The notes below the pieces were generated by a model that did no database searches, was not told where the DNA came from, and saw only the letters and a list, made by a program, of their open reading frames with translations. Position numbers and translations under genes: made by a program. A DNA stretch of 64,000 bases. Source: Monocercomonoides exilis PA203. Its lineage: Eukaryota; Protista; Preaxostyla. The stretch is from positions 62,001 through 126,000 of the forward strand of contig LSRY02000048.1 of NCBI GenBank assembly GCA_001643675.2, given 5' to 3'. Shown piece after piece: positions 26,967 to 41,426 of this stretch (position 1 is the first letter of the stretch; each line of letters begins with the position of its first letter).

Positions 26967-28569
26967 TATTTCCAACTCTGAATTTATTTTTTTGAAGGAA
27001 AAACAAAAATTGTGTTTATTTATAAAATTTCTATATATTTGTCAGTTTTCTATACAAAACATACTAATAAAAATGAAATAAGAAAAACAAAAAAGCAACA
27101 AAAACAATAAAGTTAACGAAATTAGATCAATATAGCTATTTTGCTATCAAAAATACAGATATAAAATTGATTTCAACTGTTGATCATCTCTCGCTCGTGT
27201 TTAAAACGTTAGTTTCAAATTGTTCATTATGATCCGAATCGGAATAAGAGATGTTGAAAATAAACAATTTACACTAAAAACAATCAAAGAAAGAATTCAC
27301 AAACTTGTGGTATTTGAAAGATCTGCCAACTAAGAAGAGAGTTTGAAAAAATAAGTCAATATCTTGATCGTAATTGACTCATAATTGTTAACAAAAAGAT
27401 CAAAAAATGATCTATTCAAATCAGATTTGATTAAGTCAAATCAAATAAGATTGACTAAATGCAAATTGATTAAATCAAATCAAAATTATGCACTCAATTC
27501 GCAAAAGTTCAACTTCAAACTCGATGTAGTCTAGTCGGTTAGGATTTAGGATTTTCACTCCTGAGACCCGGGTTCGATTCCCGGCATCGAGGATATTTTT
27601 TTCAATTATTAATTATATAATATTTTCACATATAATTCGAAAAATTTTCTTTTGCAGTTTAAAAATCATTTATTATGATTTGAATTTCTTATTGATAATA
27701 AATTGAAATTAAAAACAGATGCGTATCTGATAATTAATTATGACTCATCTTTATTTATATGAAGAGAGAAAAAAATTTGTACCTGAATTATTCCCTGTAT
27801 ACACTTCATTTTCTTTTTAAACTCTCGTCACATTCGTAATTTATTGAAGCTTTTTTCATAAAAATACCACTTTTAAATACTATTTATCCAATATTTGTTG
27901 TTTTTAAAACATATTAAACATATTTGACAAATCAAGAAATTGTTTTTGTGAATGCATCTCATTAAAAAATTCCGATAAAACAAAACACCTTATTAGACCT
28001 CTGTGACGTGACAAATGAAAATTGAAACAATGACAAAATGACTGACAAGATTTTTTTGATTTATCTAAAAGAGTAATTTTTAACGATTTCACAATTCTTT
28101 ATAACAAAAAAATTCATTCGAAAATCGATATACAACAATTCTTATTATTTTGAAGAAATCAAATTTTTTAAAATATGATAAAGTTTCCAATATATATATA
28201 TATATAATTTTTTTTTTTTTTTTTTTTTTTTTTTTGATAGAAAATGTCAGATTAAAAATTTTTTTGTCACAATTTGTCATTGACCTTCACTGACTGACAC
28301 TGACAAAAGAGAAAATGGTAGATATTTTTCATTCTATCATCTAATTTTTTCCAAAGCTTTTTGAAAAAATTTTAAAAGATTTCGCAATAATTCGTATTAT
28401 TCTGTTTTTAATTAATGAATATATATATATATATATATATATTGACGGACAAGGCTCCAAGTTATTTGTCAGTTTACAGAAGATTACACCTTATTTCTGC
28501 AACATAAATATTTAAACCTTTTCAAATCGATCCTCCAACAAATACCAATTATTATTAAAAATGAGAATT
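26967..28569. repeat. Segmental duplication, copy 1 (1.6 kb, contains tRNA-Glu)
   Basis: Near-identical to 35140..36378 plus 44864..45271. Confidence 0.95.
27520..27592 (+). tRNA. tRNA-Glu (anticodon TTC)
   Basis: Acceptor stem CTCGATG/CATCGAG; anticodon arm TAGGA-TTTTCAC-TCCTG; T arm CCGGG-TTCGATT-CCCGG; T7 terminator just downstream. Confidence 0.95.
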
Positions 28570-29619
28570 ATTTATAAAATTTTTCATTTATGAAAAACTC
28601 AACGATTTGTTCGAATTTTTTTTTCAATCATAAAACTTTCATTTTTTCATTCTCATTCAAAATTATTAAAGAAATGTTCAAAAATTTAAAAAGATGTTTA
28701 AAATTTCTATATTGATCTTAATTCATATTCAATTAATTTTCTTCTATTTTTTCTTTTGTTTTATTCATCAAAAATACAATTTACTAATTATTTTTGATAT
28801 TATCAAAAATAATCACTTCATAATAATTTTAATAAATATAAAAATGAATTTATTTCAAAAATAAAAAAATTTATTATCGAAATATCCTAATAAATTAAAT
28901 AAAACATAAATAAAGAACTAAAATATTCCAAATTAATTTTACTTAAAGTAAAATTCTTTCTTTAATGAAAAATATATCTTAATGCAAATTACTTCAATAT
29001 TTTTGAAAGAAATTATTAATTTTGACTAAAAAATAAATATTTATATGATATAATTTTTTAATGAATTTTATTAATAAATTATTTTAATTTTGAAATGAAA
29101 ATAGTTCGAATTAAGAAATTATTTTTGAAAATATGAAAGGATATTTTAAATTAAATCTGTTATCAATGAATATTTTTATTCAATATTATGTCTAGAATTC
29201 ATAATACAAATGTCATTTAACCATTGATTTTTTTTTGTATGGAATTGTAAATAATTTTTTTTAAAAAGAGTTTCTTGTTTATATCTGAATATTAAATAAT
29301 GAGAATATTCGTCTAACATATTTATTATATTCCTAATCATATTTAGAATTTTTAATATCATTTTTGTTTTTTGAAATAAATTTAAAATGTTTGAGATAAT
29401 TTTTTATTGAAATAATCTATTTGTTTGTTGTCATTTTTTTTTTATCAAGTTATTTTTATAATTAGAAAATTTGTTTTTTTGAAAAATTTGAACAAAAAAT
29501 GTTTTCATTCAATTCTAAGTTTTAAAAGATATTAAAATTTGAAAAACGTACAAAATTTTCATAAATGAAATTTTGATAATAACACATGAAGAAAAAAATA
29601 ATGCAAAGCCAAATTTAGT

Positions 29620-30990
29620 TTCCAAATGCAGATTTCGACCAACAATTTTCACATTTTGGAATTTGATTTTCAGCAAAATCATCTGAGGCTTGAAACACGC
29701 AATTCAGCCCACCGACAATATCTGATCCAGCGATTGAAATAAAATAACCTGCTCCTCTTTATGATGAAGATAAATGATGGCAGCTAGTGCACATATTTAT
29801 TCGATGGCTGCGAATCAAAAACATCTCCTTCAAATTCCAATTATTTTTTGATAGAGGTTCCATAACTGCAGAAAACACGTCAGTTAAAATTTTTGGTTCA
29901 TCCAGACATCCAAACAACAGTTCATAAAAATTCTTCATTCTTCTCTTTCCCCAAGCTTTCACTGATTTTGATGGATTCCGATTTTCTTCCAAAAGACACA
30001 AAAAATATCTTTGATTTTTGGAAATGTGACTTTCCTCTGTGCATTTATCAATGCATAAGGAAGCAAGACATTGACATAAAGAATTGAAAGCACATGTTTT
30101 CCCAAAATTATTTAATGATCTTCCTTTGCAAATACTCATTAATACATTCACATCATCATCACTATCTTTATCACTCAACTCCAATTTAAACAAACTCTCC
30201 GCATATTCAAAAATTTATCTCTGTTTAATTTGGATTTGTTATCTATTTTCAATTTAGGACGAAATGTGTATTTCATAAAATTGTCAAAAAAATCGATGGA
30301 ATAAACATAATCATTCTCAAAACAAACATCCGACATAATTGAAGAATTCGAAAGACAATAAAATATATCTATATGATAAATTACATTCATTGAAGGAGCT
30401 AGAGAAGTTTTTGAATGAATTTTTGAAAGATCTGACTGATAAATATTCTTTGATGATGATGTTAAAATTGGTTGATTGTTGTTTGTGATGCGAAATGATG
30501 ATGCATTACATGCAATCTGTGAATTGGTAGAAATATTTTGTTGTGAACTCACACTTAACTGTTTTTCTTTTTGTTTTTGTGAATTCTAAGCAAATTCAAT
30601 CTTTTCAAATGGCAACTCCTGAAAGTGTTGTTTCTGAATCCATTTTGAATTATCACATATAGTTATTGGATAATTTTCAAACGATTCTGTGCTTTCAGAA
30701 TTGGAATGAAGCTCAATTACATGTCGACACTCTTTCGGAAAAGCTGTTGTAAAAAAAAAAAATTTGAAATAAAATGAAATGAAGATGTGAGAATAATTGC
30801 TTCTTTCTCTTTAATGATGAAGCGTTTTCAAAAATTGTTTTGACCTTGATAGTGCCTCAAAAAGTTTTTTTTCCTTGTTCTGTTGATTGGAAAAATGTTG
30901 CGAGAACAAGTTCTGCATGGTTTTCTGAAATTTTTTCGGAAGCTTTTTCAAGATTTCTGATATCCCTTAAAATGCTTATGAATATTGCTC
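29620..30990 (-). pseudogene. USP/peptidase C19-like gene, truncated (USP-3)
   Basis: Cys box SLNNFGKTCAFNSLCQCLASL and CTSC in ORF 29759..30193; Ser-rich upstream piece 30175..30552. No His box seen. Confidence 0.7.
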
Positions 30991-31235
30991 CAATGATCAT
31001 TCAATTTATGTGAAAATATTGTGTTTGCTCAAAATGAATTCTCACAAATTGGTTTTTATTTTTGAAAAGTGATAAGTATTTAATATCTTCGTCTAAAAAT
31101 AATTGAACCTATTTAATTTTAATATTTCGATAAATCCATCAATTTTTCTTTCAACACATGCATTCTCTAATCAATTACGTTTGAAAGTTCCAATTTTCAA
31201 AAAATAAAAATCACACACATTTTTTGCAAAAAAAT

Positions 31236-31600
31236 GAGTGATTTCTTTTGAAATCATCTTTTTTCACACAAATTTTTCAGTTCAAAAATTTATCTTAAAT
31301 ATTAACATTTGAACTTTAAAAATGTATTCTGAAGCCTTTTAACTTTTCATATTTGATTAAGTTAAAACATTTGTTCAAAAAAAAAAAGAAAAAAGAAAGA
31401 AAAAAAAAAAAGAAAAAAGAAAGAAAAAAAAAAAAGGAAAAAAAAAAGAAAAAAAAGGAAAAAAAAAAGAAAAAAGAAAAAAAAGAAAAAAAAATGATAA
31501 TCATACTTCATCTCTTATAATTAAAAATCTCAATCAAAAAACTGACAATCTCTGAAAATCAACACTCCGATAAATAATATGATGATAAAAATAATCACCC
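31236..31600. mobile_element. Sola-like MITE (GAG...CCC, AAAT TSD) with internal A-rich expansion
   Basis: AAAT|GAGTGATTTCTTTTGAAATCAT ... ATGATGATAAAAATAATCACCC|AAAT; ~115-bp A/G tract at 31377-31493. Confidence 0.65.
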
Positions 31601-32399
31601 AAATTATCAAATAAGTTTCAATAATATTTTATTTAAATATCGAGCATTTGAAATTAATCATAAATAATGACATATATACAATCAGCGTATTTTGAGTTTT
31701 GGTTTTTTAAAGGATCCTAACATTTAATTCTCAATAGAAATTAATTTTAGTAGAATTTTATTCTTTCGAATTGAATTGATTGGGAAACGACTTGTTCCAC
31801 TTCGCTTTTTGAATGTTAATCACTTTATATAGTTATTTTTTTTCAATTTTTTTTTTTGGTAACTTTCGAACATTCAAATTCTTTTTGTTTTGTGACTCGT
31901 GACCTTAACTTTTATCGTTTCTTAAATAACTTCCCCATTAAATTGAGTAAGGTTTTAACATTTTGTTGGTATGTCTATTATATGTAATTAAAACTTTTTT
32001 TGATAAGTTTTTTGATTTTTGTTTTATTTTTGAACAGTGCATTTGAATCTTGTTTTAATGCAGTTTTAACTAGAATAAATAACTTTTAACCATTTTTAAC
32101 TATATTTTTTATATGTTTTGTATATTAATAAAAGTTCTAAATGATTGAATAATTCTTTTTTTTACAGATTCACTCATTTCATATTTTTATTTTTTGTTTT
32201 TAGAATCAACAATGAAATAAAGTTATTCAATGAAAATTTCATGTTTTTTTAATTATGTTTTATATAAATTAATTTTAAAAACTTGTCAATTATTAAATGA
32301 TATTCTATTTAAAAAAAAAAATGAAAGTTAAGTGAATTGAAAAATAAAAAACTATTAAAAAACAAAATGTTATTATCTCAGCAAGCTCAGCAAATGTGT

Positions 32400-33585
32400 T
32401 TTGCTAACTCTTTATTCTTTCATTGTGGAATTGGAAAAAGAAGCAGAAGGAAATAATGTTGTTGATGAATGTTGCTGCAGGCGAAGAGATCTTCATTAAT
32501 TTGAGATGTGTCAATCTTGTAAACAATCACCACTTTCTGTTTCTTATTCCATTTTTGTCTCTCTCATTTATTTTTATTCAATCACTTCTTTCTTTTTCTT
32601 CAACAGAAATTTTCCTTTTCTTATCCTTTTCCTCTTTTTCCTCTTTTTCTTCCTTTTCTTCTTCATTTTCTGACTGTGAGTCATGAGAATCGCCTAAAAA
32701 ACATAGTTATGGTAATGTTAATATAAAAACAAGAAAAATAGACATTAAAAACATTAATATGGGTTGAAAAATAAAATCACTCTAACATCTTTGCAAGCAA
32801 AGATGCAACATTGGGTGTCAATGGAAAGTCAGGATTCAGGCGGTTTTTCAGTTTTGCTCTGTATTTTTCATTTGAAACTCATCTTGCTCTTTGTCTATTT
32901 AAAAAGTGTATTTGTGAGTCATTGACAAATTTTTCATTAACATCAATATCCTTTGCAGTCAGCTTATTGTGTTGAATATGAAAATTGACAAAGCAGCACG
33001 CAACAGAAAATTAACTTCTGACTGAAGACTTTGAAAGGCCAGGGATGCTGAAAGACAGCGAAAAGCTTTTTCAATCTACCAAAGAAGCGCTCAACGATTA
33101 CGCGACGAGAAGCGAGGTGTGGATTTCCGACCGGTTTCGTAATATATGCATCCAAATCAGCCCTCGCCGCGATGTGTGCCGAGTCCGCAAGCACATTTGA
33201 GCCCTCAAACTGCACCTTTAATTGTGGGAAATTCTCTTTGAAGATAGAAAAGTCATGTGTTGAGCCGGTATAAATGGAACTGAGCGTGCATGCTTTGCCA
33301 ATGCGTGTGTTTTCACCAACTTCAGCCTTTGCGCAGAAGATATGATGCTTCCCGCTGTAGAATTTTGTTCCAAACTGCCAACTTCCAGCTGGTCTGTTGA
33401 TTGGAAGAACTGTGCCGCCAACCACAACACCCACATCTCTCATATCATCTAATCTATCTGGTCGAAATGTTAATAACAAATCAGCAAAAGGTATTTTAAA
33501 GTCATTCACAACACTATGAAAAAGTCGAACAAGAGAATTTGGTGTTCTGAAAAATGATGAAGCTAAAAAATGAGTGATTGTTTTG
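32400..33585 (-). pseudogene. IS5/ISL2EU-like transposase B, 5'-truncated
   Basis: Clear paralogue of A (FRPDR, FYSGKHH, GSTHDF, VLAD, RRVIVERFFGRLK). First Asp replaced by Gly; probable GT-AG intron 32780-32694; truncated at a (CA)n/poly-A tract. Confidence 0.85.
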
Positions 33586-33596
33586 ACACACACACA

Positions 33597-33643
<47 letters not shown>

Positions 33644-35139
33644 AAAGAAAAAGAAAAAAATTTAAAATATAAAATTTAATAAAATAATCCAATCAAATTA
33701 CAATACACAGAACATAGTTATGATTTAAAAAAATAATCGCTTATTTTAAAAGCAATTTCATTGTAGTGGTTTGATCACAATTTTTGTGTTTTTTTTTAAT
33801 AGTTTGTGATTGAACATTTTTCGAGCAGCGAACTCAAAATATGTATTCGTTAAGCAAAGAGTGTTGTATACAGGTTTGAACTGATAACAGAATATTGTTA
33901 AATTTCTGATGATTTTTTCCAGTACAATTTACAAATTTTTTTGGCTTTGTTTACATGATCACTATTAATAATTGTTGTTAATGAAACACTTTTTAATGAT
34001 TATTCATTTTTAGCAATTCAAAACAATGATTATATCAATTTGGAATAGTCATTTTATATAAGAATAAGTTTTTCATGAACAAAACTATTTGAAAGATTTT
34101 GTTAATAATAAGATTTTATGATAGTTGTTTGAAAAAAAATTTCTAACAATGAAATAAAACATTTGGAACAAATCCAAATATTATTATTGTTGTTTATAAT
34201 AAAAAGATAAAACAATGATTAATTGTATTATAATTTCATAAAAAATTTTTGCTGGATTAGTAATGATTGTGATGGACTCTGAATTGGAGTATTTTGAGTC
34301 AGTGAATCCGAATAAAAAGATGTAGCAGTTTTAACAGGAAAAGGAGCAGTTAAAGATTAGTGTATATTTTGTGTTTATTTTCATTTGCGAAAGATAAACA
34401 AATCGAGTGAATAACATCTGGATTGTGTTTTTGATATTTCTCTTTCACTTTCTCCTTCGAAAAAAATTTTTTTCATTTTAAAATTTGAATCTTTGTTTTT
34501 CCATTTATTCTTTTCTTTAACAAATTGCATGATCTCTGGTATCTGAATTATTGTTTTCTCCATTTCAGTTAACAAAAATATATGTGAGAATATTTTTGAA
34601 TTCAAATTTTATTGTGTCAAAATATTTGATTTTTGAATAATATTTATATTATTTGATGATGAATACAATTAAAACCGGATATCATTACATCGAATATAAT
34701 CAACATCGTTTGAAGTCACATTTTTCCATGCACAAACATTTTTGTCCAAATTTTCATTCATTTTCCATCACACATTGTCACAGGGCTGAAAATATATAAT
34801 CACAATTTTTATTATTATAGGTGCTTTTTTCAATGAAATATCGATTTTTTGATCAAAATTTTCAATTTTTTAATTTTTCAAAATTATGTTTAAAAAAGTC
34901 TAAATAATGTGTATTAATAAAAAAATTGATTTCGCAAGTGAAAAATGCGTTTTAATGAAAAATTTTCAAAAATTAAAAGTTTCACTCAAATTTAATTAAT
35001 TAATTAATTAATTTGAATAATTTTCTGTGATAAACAGCATCGTATATTATCACAATCGGATAAAGTCACAAAAAGTTATGCAAAAACAGATATGATTATT
35101 GCAGGTTTATATTGTATTTTAACAATTAATCACAACAAT

Positions 35140-36378
35140 TATTTCCAACTCTGAATTTATTTTTTTGAAGGAAAAACAAAAATTGTGTTTATTTATAAAA
35201 TTTCTATATATTTGTCAGTTTTCTATACAAAACATACTAATAAAAATGAAATGAGAAAAACAAAAAAGCAACAAAAACAATAAAGTTAACGAAATTAGAT
35301 CAATATAGCTATTTTGCTATCAAAAATACAGATATAAAATTGATTTCAACTGTTGATCATCTCTCGCTCGTGTTTAAAACGTTAGTTTCAAATTGTTCAT
35401 TATGATCCGAATCGGAATAAGAGATGTTGAAAATAAACAATTTACACTAAAAACAATCAAAGAAAGAATTCACAAACTTGTGGTATTTGAAAGATCTGCC
35501 AACTAAGAAGAGAGTTTGAAAAAATAAGTCAATATCTTGATCGTAATTGACTCATAATTGTTAACAAAAAGATCAAAAAATGATCTATTCAAATCAGATT
35601 TGATTAAGTCAAATCAAATAAGATTGACTAAATGCAAATTGATTAAATCAAATCAAAATTATGCACTCAATTCGCAAAAGTTCAACTTCAAACTCGATGT
35701 AGTCTAGTCGGTTAGGATTTAGGATTTTCACTCCTGAGACCCGGGTTCGATTCCCGGCATCGAGGATATTTTTTTCAATTATTAATTATATAATATTTTC
35801 ACATATAATTCGAAAAATTTTCTTTTGCAGTTTAAAAATCATTTATTATGATTTGAATTTCTTATTGATAATAAATTGAAATTAAAAACAGATGCGTATC
35901 TGATAATTAATTATGACTCATCTTTATTTATATGAAGAGAGAAAAAAATTTGTACCTGAATTATTCCCTGTATACACTTCATTTTCTTTTTAAACTCTCG
36001 TCACATTCGTAATTTATTGAAGCTTTTTTCATAAAAATACCACTTTTAAATACTATTTATCCAATATTTGTTGTTTTTAAAACATATTAAACATATTTGA
36101 CAAATCAAGAAATTGTTTTTGTGAATGCATCTCATTAAAAAATTCCGATAAAACAAAACACCTTATTAGACCTCTGTGACGTGACAAATGAAAATTGAAA
36201 CAATGACAAAATGACTGACAAGATTTTTTTGATTTATCTAAAAGAGTAATTTTTAACGATTTCACAATTCTTTATAACAAAAAAATTCATTCGAAAATCG
36301 ATATACAACAATTCTTATTATTTTGAAGAAATCAAATTTTTTAAAATATGATAAAGTTTCCAATATATATATATATAT
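35140..36378. repeat. Segmental duplication, copy 2, left part
   Basis: Matches 26967..28205 (offset 8173); ends in (TA)n. Confidence 0.95.
35693..35765 (+). tRNA. tRNA-Glu (anticodon TTC), identical second copy
   Basis: Same sequence as 27520..27592. Confidence 0.95.
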
Positions 36379-38529
36379 GGGTATATTTTTATGAAAAGTC
36401 ACCACTGATCAAAAAAATTGTCCCATGGATGTGATTTTTAACTCATTCCGTTTCCATTATTTTTATGAAAAACTGAGACTTTCTCAGTGATGTTTGATGA
36501 TTATAAACAAACATCTTAATAAGAAAGAGCAATTTCGAATAAAAAATAATATTTCTGTTTAACTGATCAGAATAAAAATTTAAAATTTTCGAAGAATATG
36601 TGATAATATTTTGCAGCTTATCTTAAAATTGTTGATTCATAAAGTTTTAAACGTGTGCATCAATAATTTTTTTGTGAATTAATTTGATTTTCATATTAAT
36701 TTGATGTTTTGTAATGAACGAAGTTTTCTTTATACAATATGTACCTGAACTTTTCAAAGATACAAGTTTTACCGCCACATGCTCAATATATCCGAAATTG
36801 GATATAGAAAGATGTTTGCATTTGTTGTAACACTTAATTTTATTATTTATTTGTTTTTCATTTAAACGTACTTTGGAAAATTAAATAGTTCGCAGTTGAC
36901 GGCCAATATTCGTTTTATCAATAGCAATACTCAAAGTTGGAAATAGAAAGAAGGAAGTTTCGAGATTATCTTTTCGTGCTCAAAGAAAAAATACTATATA
37001 TATTGAAACGTAGAGGAAACGTACAGATAAGACATTGAATGATTCACCTCGCTGATCACAAGCAATCATCATTTGAAAGCGAAATATAGAATACGAAACT
37101 GAAAGCACACAATCATGCTCTCCCAATCGCAAACTTCGCAAACTGCAAGGCTATCGGACATACGCTTTATAACTACACAACCGTCTCAATCGCAGCAAAT
37201 TCGTCCATCTTTTCATTCTGTCTGTCCGAATAAAAAAGTTACAACGTAACATCTGAAGCCAAACATCCATTCCCACCCCATTCTCCTCTCTCCTTCACCT
37301 CTTACAAAAACCACTCTCTCCTCCTTCTCATTCTTCTCCCTCCACCCAAACAGCTTCTCCCAAATGAATGTGATGAGCATCTTCCTGAACGGATGCATCA
37401 TTAGTTCCACAACATGCTTCCTCACAATCCGCACCCGCTCAACATACAGGTCCACCAGCCCCCCTTCACCTTCACATTCATCTTCGCCAGATAGTCCCGC
37501 TAGATCCCATTCTCACTCGTGTTGGCCAGCGTCACACACTCTGGATGCACAAGCAAACTAGAAAGCGATTCCACGAACAGAACTTGCACTCACTTTTCAT
37601 CATCATCATCATCTTTTTTTTTAGGCATCAACACTTCTTATTCTATTCTCAATCTCAACCTCGCTTCTCATTCCACATCATCGAAGTCTCCAAGCTGAAA
37701 GATCATAAACCATTAAACGTTGAGTGTGCTTTTACTGAGACAGTGAATCCAACACAAAATTCTCGTTGATCCTCGAAATCAGCATATTCGAGCATGTCCT
37801 TCAGTCTCTCCTATTTCATGCCCTTCTCCACTTTGAATGCAGTGTATTCTTCGAGCAATTGAAAAAAAAACTTCGTTGTAACAAAGATAATTTTTTGACA
37901 GAGCAGGTTGTGCGGAACTTATCTTCCTTTGCGGTTTATGCTAATTGTTAAACAAAGAGGGGTGGAAGAGACTGCGTGTGGAGCGATAGCTCTGCAGCCG
38001 GACAAGGAAACGCGCTAATGTAGGTGACGTTCAGCACGCTATTGTTCAAGACAGAGAAAGATTACTACAGAGCAAGAATTACACTGAAGGAAATGTGGGA
38101 AGAGCTGAAGATGCAAATTCTGATGTTCAAGCTGGTGACAGAGCAGCTGCAGTTCTTGGTGCTCAGTGTGATGAATGCGCAGGCACATTACAAGGAGCTG
38201 CTAGGATACATCCACACAACATGAATGTGATACTGTTGCATGGCCATCTGCTGCTGGTGGAAATGCAATGAGAAGAGAACGGGGCTTTGATTCTGCTTCA
38301 AATGGTAGATGAAATTGAAGAAGTGTCAATAACTGCGCCGATGCAGAAGCAATTGTCAACAGCAGAAAGAGAGAAGAAAAAGGGAGTGATTTGAGAGAAG
38401 AAAATGGAGCTGATAGAACAGCTACTGCTATAACTTCTTCTTCTATAGATTCATTTGCTGAGAGAAAAGTTAATGAACTGGAGAGCAGAGCTGCGAGAGA
38501 GTTCCAGAAGGGAGTGTGAAAGGAGTTTG

Positions 38530-38945
38530 AGGGAAAGAAGGAGAAGAAGGAGAAGAAGGAGAAGAAGGAGAAGGAGGAGAAGGTGGAGAAGGTGGAGAAG
38601 GAAGAGGAGAAGGAAGAGGAGAAGGAAGAGGAGAAGGAAGAGGAGAAGGAAGAGGAGAAGGAGAGGAGAAGGAGAAGAAGGAGGAGGAGGAGAAGAAGAA
38701 GAAGAAGAAGAAGAAGAAGAAGAAGAAGAAGAAGAAGAAGAAGAAGAAGAAGAAGAATTTGATGATGAATTTGAAGAGGAAAAAGATGAAGAAGAATTTG
38801 ATGAGGAGGAAGAGGAATAAGATGAAGAAGAGGAAAAAAGATTATTTGGATAATGATTGAAAGTATTTGGAGAAGCAAAAGATGAAGAAGAAGAAGAAGA
38901 AGAAGAAGAAGAAGAAGAAGAAGAAGAAGAAGAAGAAGAAGACGA
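38530..38945. repeat. Purine-rich (GAA/GAG/GAGAAGGAAGAG)n microsatellite block
   Basis: Directly visible. Confidence 0.95.
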
Positions 38946-38959
38946 AGACAAAGAAGAAG

Positions 38960-40620
38960 ATGTTGATGAAGCATGACAAGGCATTGGCCTTTCCTCCCTC
39001 TTCATCTGTCAATCTATCACCTAACGAAAATGCATCACACGCTGCCATCCTCAAGTGGCAGCCCAAATCATATCGCATCTTCCACTTAATTCCAACATCT
39101 GCAGCCCTAATAGCTTCATTAGCAGTTGTACCATCCGGATTATTGCCTCCGACACGTTTTTTCTTCTCACCCTGCGATTTCACAGCATCCACTCTCCGCA
39201 TCCTTAACCAACCTCAATTTCCCTGTTCGACTACACCTACGATTCCTCCGAAAATTTCTTGTGCACCGCTTCATCCAGCTCCAACTCACTGTCTTATCAA
39301 ATCGCTCTGGAATCAAACAACATCTGAAGCACTCTCCGGTCAGCCACATTGCATTCATCTGGTTGGCTCAAAGAGCATCGCGATGAAGAAGCAGTTGCGC
39401 TGACACACATCCCCAGCACCGAAGCAAACAATGGAAGACGAATCGCAAACAGCTGGAAAACATCTAAAAAGACCCGCAGCTACTGCTCCGGCTGCGTTGG
39501 CAGATTTAAAACAGAAAGAAAAGGCTCCATTTTATCGTTCGCATTTCCTCAACAAGCCCCGCCAAATGACGATGAGAATTTTTCTGTGATGAAATCGATG
39601 GATAGCATCAGCATATCACATCAGATAGCACCTTCATCGTCTTTTTCCGATTTGCTGCTCCTCCGCTTCAATTATTCAGTAGATACACTAGAAACACTAA
39701 AGCATAGATGTTTATATCATCAGATTCGAAATACTCTCATGTTTCGAATCTTATGCAGAAGCAAGAAGAATTCTGCATAACCTCTTCTCCATCTGCTTCT
39801 TCTCCTCTTTTTGCATGTTTTGTTCTTCAACACCTCTTCTGCAACATTCTTCTTCTCCCTTTTCTTCTCCCCTTTCTCCTTCTTTTCCCCTTCAAGCCTA
39901 TCCAGCACAGCCTGCGCAGTCACTGCTGGAGAAAGAACCACATCCTCCATCCACAGCCCCGCCTCCAACAGCCCCTTCTCCACAATCTCCCCCACTTCAC
40001 ACACTGCAACCCATCGCACCATCACTTCATCGTCCAGCTTCACCACCACACGCCTCGACTGTTGCGGTCTCCATATATGCAGTGAAGGGTCAGATTAATT
40101 GTTGATCAACAGGAATGCTATTCACGTCTGCCTCTGTAAAGATCCACTTGCCCCCTGACTTCGTACCCACCGACGCTGCAAGCGACGTTGGCAGCTCCAC
40201 CAGCGGAACCGAAAGCATCTCCGAAAGCACCACATCGTATGTACACACAACACCCCCATACAACTCCGCCCGCAGAGCCACAACATATCCCCGCAGCGTC
40301 TGCAACGCCTGCGGCGACAGCAGCAGCTGCAGTGACAGCGGTATGTACCGCCCATACACCTCAGCCGCCTCTGGCACCACAATCCGCAGCCGCCTCTCGA
40401 TGTCCATTCATCGTTGCTGCAGAAGAGAATGACGAATATACTGCCAGCTCATCCAAATGGTCAATTGTAGACGCTGATGATGAAGATGAATATGACGATG
40501 GCTTAGCATCTCCAGCCGCTTTCTACTCTTCGCTTCTCCACCTTCGGAATGGCGAAGTTGATCGTCGTGCTGTTACTATAGAAGAAGACAAAGAATTTAA
40601 ATGGCGCTGAGAAAAGAGAC
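38960..40620 (-). pseudogene. GC-rich gene remnant(s) of unknown function inside element A
   Basis: ORFs 40090..40407 and 39720..40049 are homologous to 59850..60300; 38970..39430 is homologous to 55110..55480. Confidence 0.6.
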
Positions 40621-41426
40621 GAATGTAAGAGTTCATCAGCTTCAAGAAGCTTATTGAAACAACTCATCATTCAAAATTGCAACACCTTCTGTGTCACAAA
40701 CACTTGATCAATGTTCAATTTGGAAAACTCAATCATCACAGAATTTCTTTTGGAAGGGACTGGAAATGAGAAGAAAAAGATGAGCAAAAAAGAAAATGAA
40801 AAGTTGAAAGCTATTTAAGATATGATTATTGATATGATTCAAAACTTGAGATGTCATTTCTTTTTTGAATATTTTTTATAAAAGGACATAAATTTTTAAG
40901 AAATTATATGATATTCTTCATTTGTGTATTATAACATTAATAACAGCTCAATATTAACAGCCTATTGAATTTCTTTTAATTACAATCAGCTCAGTTTCGA
41001 AATATTTTTCCTGTTTAATATTTTTTTTTCAAAATACTCAAATTCAAACAAGTTAGAATCTATCTGTTTTTCAACTTAGGAACATATTCAAAAAGAATTC
41101 TCCTTTCAAAAATACTAAACGTTTAAACAAACTGTTGAAATGAAAACATAGAAATATGAACAAATTATTCTATTGCTCCAAAAAACAAGAAAAATTATAT
41201 TTAATAACATAAATATGATTAAACAGTAAAAATAATATATGAAATGTGTTTCATTGAGACGTAATATTTGTGAATATGCGTGATAAAACAGAAAAGAATA
41301 ATATTCAGCAATAAATGATGGTAACGTAATGATCAACATTTTCTGATCATTTGTGATCAGATTTTCAGATCAATTAATATTTTGTGACTTTTCAAAAAAA
41401 AATACCCATATATATATATATATATA

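Larger units (their letters stand above)
36379..41407. mobile_element. Sola-like non-autonomous element A (5.0 kb) with cargo
   Basis: ATAT|GGGTATATTTTTATGAAAAGTCAC ... GTGACTTTTCAAAAAAAAATACCC|ATAT. Confidence 0.75.

Noticed and set aside
27539-27552. Apparent TTAGGAT tandem duplication in the tRNA as a Dada-type insertion footprint
   Set aside because: It is the normal D-stem 3' strand plus anticodon stem; the tRNA has canonical length and pairing.
34781-34800. CAGGGCTGAAAA as partner of the hAT end at 53596
   Set aside because: Only the first 5 bp match clearly, it is 19 kb away, and no 8-bp TSD is evident.
38201-39005. Poly-S/L/E/R ORFs on both strands
   Set aside because: Produced by GAA/GAG repeats; not independent genes.
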